Shown: positions 61,766 through 64,000 of the stretch, piece after piece
How positions within the stretch are numbered: position 1 is the first letter of the stretch
Layout of the letters: each line of letters begins with the position of its first letter
DNA from: Leucoraja ocellata
Taxonomy: Eukaryota
NCBI GenBank assembly: GCA_036785375.1
Contig: JAWMAR010000191.1
Coordinates: forward strand, 992,001 to 1,056,000
Length of the DNA stretch: 64,000 bases
Direction of reading: 5' to 3'
Made by a program: the position numbers and the translations under genes
Notes under the pieces: model-generated
Told to the model about the DNA's origin: nothing
The model's database searches: none
What the model saw: only the letters and a program-made list of their open reading frames with translations

Positions 61766-63815
61766 CCATTCTATGTTTTGTACTGGTTGTGCTTAAAATC
61801 TATTATATATATTATGAAGGCATTTGGCAAATTTCCTGAAAGTTTCTCATCTGGAAGTACATTTAGAAACTGACACTGTTCTTCTAAGCAGACTTAATGC
61901 TCCGATATGTTAATGCGTTTCTTTTTTTAATTTTGACAAAAATGTTATCTGATCTGTTCAAGTTAAATTTGACTGATTCTTTTTAAAACTTTCAGTTTGT
62001 GGCAGATTTAAGAAAAAAAAAACTTCAGCAAGGTTATTCAAATATTTGTAATCTAATAGCAATCTTTACTGATAAATTGAAGGCTACGCCGGCATTTTCA
62101 TTAGATTTTTTTTTTTAAATGCATCATGTAGACCCACCATCTTTATTATGGGACAAGAAGGCCTTGTGCACAAGCACAGCAGAACGTGATGGGCATCCCT
62201 AACCAGGGGATTTTGTCAATTTTCAATCATGTGCCACTGGCAGCAATTTTACCACCTGGGAAAAATGTATCACAATGCGACTCACACATACCTGCCTTTG
62301 CCTTGACAAATTTCAGCCACAGGCATTAATTTGATCCTGACTAGAGCTAATGGTAATCTATATCCACAGTACATAGAGTAATACAAATTACAAAATCCCG
62401 ACATTCATATGGAGGGCAATTTTAAACAATTCACTCCATTTTGATGTACAGTCAGTACCTAACCTCACATTTCTTAAGAAAAAGATGACTATTTATTAGG
62501 GAATGACAGCAGCAGTGAACTAAATAATTAGAAATGCCAGCAGATGTATCACCGTGATTTGTGTTGCATTTCATTCCTTGGGCTGTGCTGTGTTGTGTGT
62601 ATGTCAGCCTCAGGACAAAAGCAATTGTAAACAAGCCTTTGGTCTTAAAGGGGAATATTAGACTGGGGTTGAAAATTGGACGTACTTTCAGCATTTCCCC
62701 AGATAGATGCCAATAATTTTTTTTTTACTTGAGGAAAGGTGATGTCCAGTTGTAAATGAAAATGAGTAAATATGTGAAACTGATGGAGTCGATTGGCATG
62801 GATGTAAAATATGTAAAGTGAAATACAGCTACTTAAAATCTGAGTCATTTGCCTTTAACTGTGCGTGAACATCTTTGTGGAAAATTTGCATTAATAGTTG
62901 AGCACAGTCCATGATAAAATGGATTATATACAATCTGTGGAAAGAATGAATTTGATGATAATGATCTTGTCTTACTCTGTACTTTAAGTGCCATGTTTCT
63001 GTTAAAAACAGTCTCAACATGTCAGATCTCTGGATGTAAGATATCTATTCCAATGACCTACTTGATGGGTCTGTTTTCATCCAGCTGTCATTTTAATGAG
63101 TTAACATCAGCAACCTTTCCAGTTCTGGATCATTGAAATATCTTGTTGTCACTGGGGAAGGAAGAAATGGCCAGGACTAAATATGAATTATAAGATTTTA
63201 TTTTAATTGCCTTGCAAGATCAGATAAAATATAATAATACTTAGTTCCTAGCTCATTTAAATTTCTTTACCACGTCAAAATGTTATACCTTCAATGAATC
63301 TGTTCACACTCATCTAAAACTTTCCTGTAAAGTCTTTAGGTTAAATCTTCATTTAACTCCTGCTGGATTTGGTTTTCTGACAATGGGGCATGACAGAGAT
63401 GGAAGCAACATTTGAGTTTATTGCAGTTGACCTTAAACTGGATGCCCGTGACAAATTATATGACATTTTGTCTATTTAGTATTTGAATCCATTCTCTTTC
63501 TGTCTTTGTGCCATTATGTCACATAACAACTTCTGCTTGCTTTCCTTCTGTGACAAATCTTTTGCATATTATCCAAGACTTGCCTCCTTCTGTCTGGGAA
63601 GTATGTAAAATGGCCCAACAACAATGAATTCTTGGATCAGCAGTGAACCTTACATCGTGTTAGTTCAGTCACTGCAGTTCAAATCTTTCTAATGTATGTG
63701 TGGTTCTTTATTGGAATTACTATAATCTACTGAAGGGTGGGGACTTGCCCAAAAACAAGAAGGGAAGGCATTCAGAACCCTGGGATTATGAACAGGTTGT
63801 TGGAGGTTCCTGAGT

Positions 63816-64000
63816 ACATAGAATAGTACAGCACAGGATGTCTGTACCACAATGTCTGTTCCAAGCACTAGGCCAAGATAAATTAATCTCCTCTGCCAGT
63901 GTATGACCCACATCCTTTCATTCATGTGCCTATCTAAAAGCCTCTTAAATGCCACTGTTGTTTATGTCTCCACCATCACTCCTGACAGCGTATTCCAAGC
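63816..64000 (-). mobile_element. CR1 3' end, running off the window
   Basis: CATAGAATAGTACAGCACAGG..CATGTGCCTATCTAAAAGCCTCTTAAATGCC. Confidence 0.8.

Overview
Repeat-rich, AT-rich eukaryotic DNA, very probably from a cartilaginous fish (ray/skate-like). This is inferred from the many HE1-type V-SINEs with CR1/HER1 tails. I could not identify any host protein-coding exon, so the window looks like a large intron or gene desert with several repeat-free stretches that could be conserved non-coding elements. Mobile DNA includes CR1, Rex1/Babar, L2, RTE and L1 LINE fragments, a Penelope-like element (PLE) 3' end, an IR/DR Tc1 relic carrying an L1 insertion, four PIF/Harbinger-type MITEs, hAT-type non-autonomous elements (one only 38 bp) and old DeuSINE-like relics. 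The most notable signal is three separate short retroposon families carrying self-cleaving-ribozyme folds. (1) A ~142-bp SINE-like element whose 5' end is a 54-nt minimal HDV/CPEB3-like ribozyme (17838-17891, minus). (2) A ~415-bp RTE/BovB-derived non-autonomous element whose 5' end fits an HDV-like double pseudoknot (45375-45515, minus). (3) About 20 PLE pLTR-derived insertions, many of them fold-backs flanked by 11-16 bp target-site duplications (TSDs), carrying minimal hammerhead cores. All structures were read by eye, and boundaries of decayed repeats are approximate.
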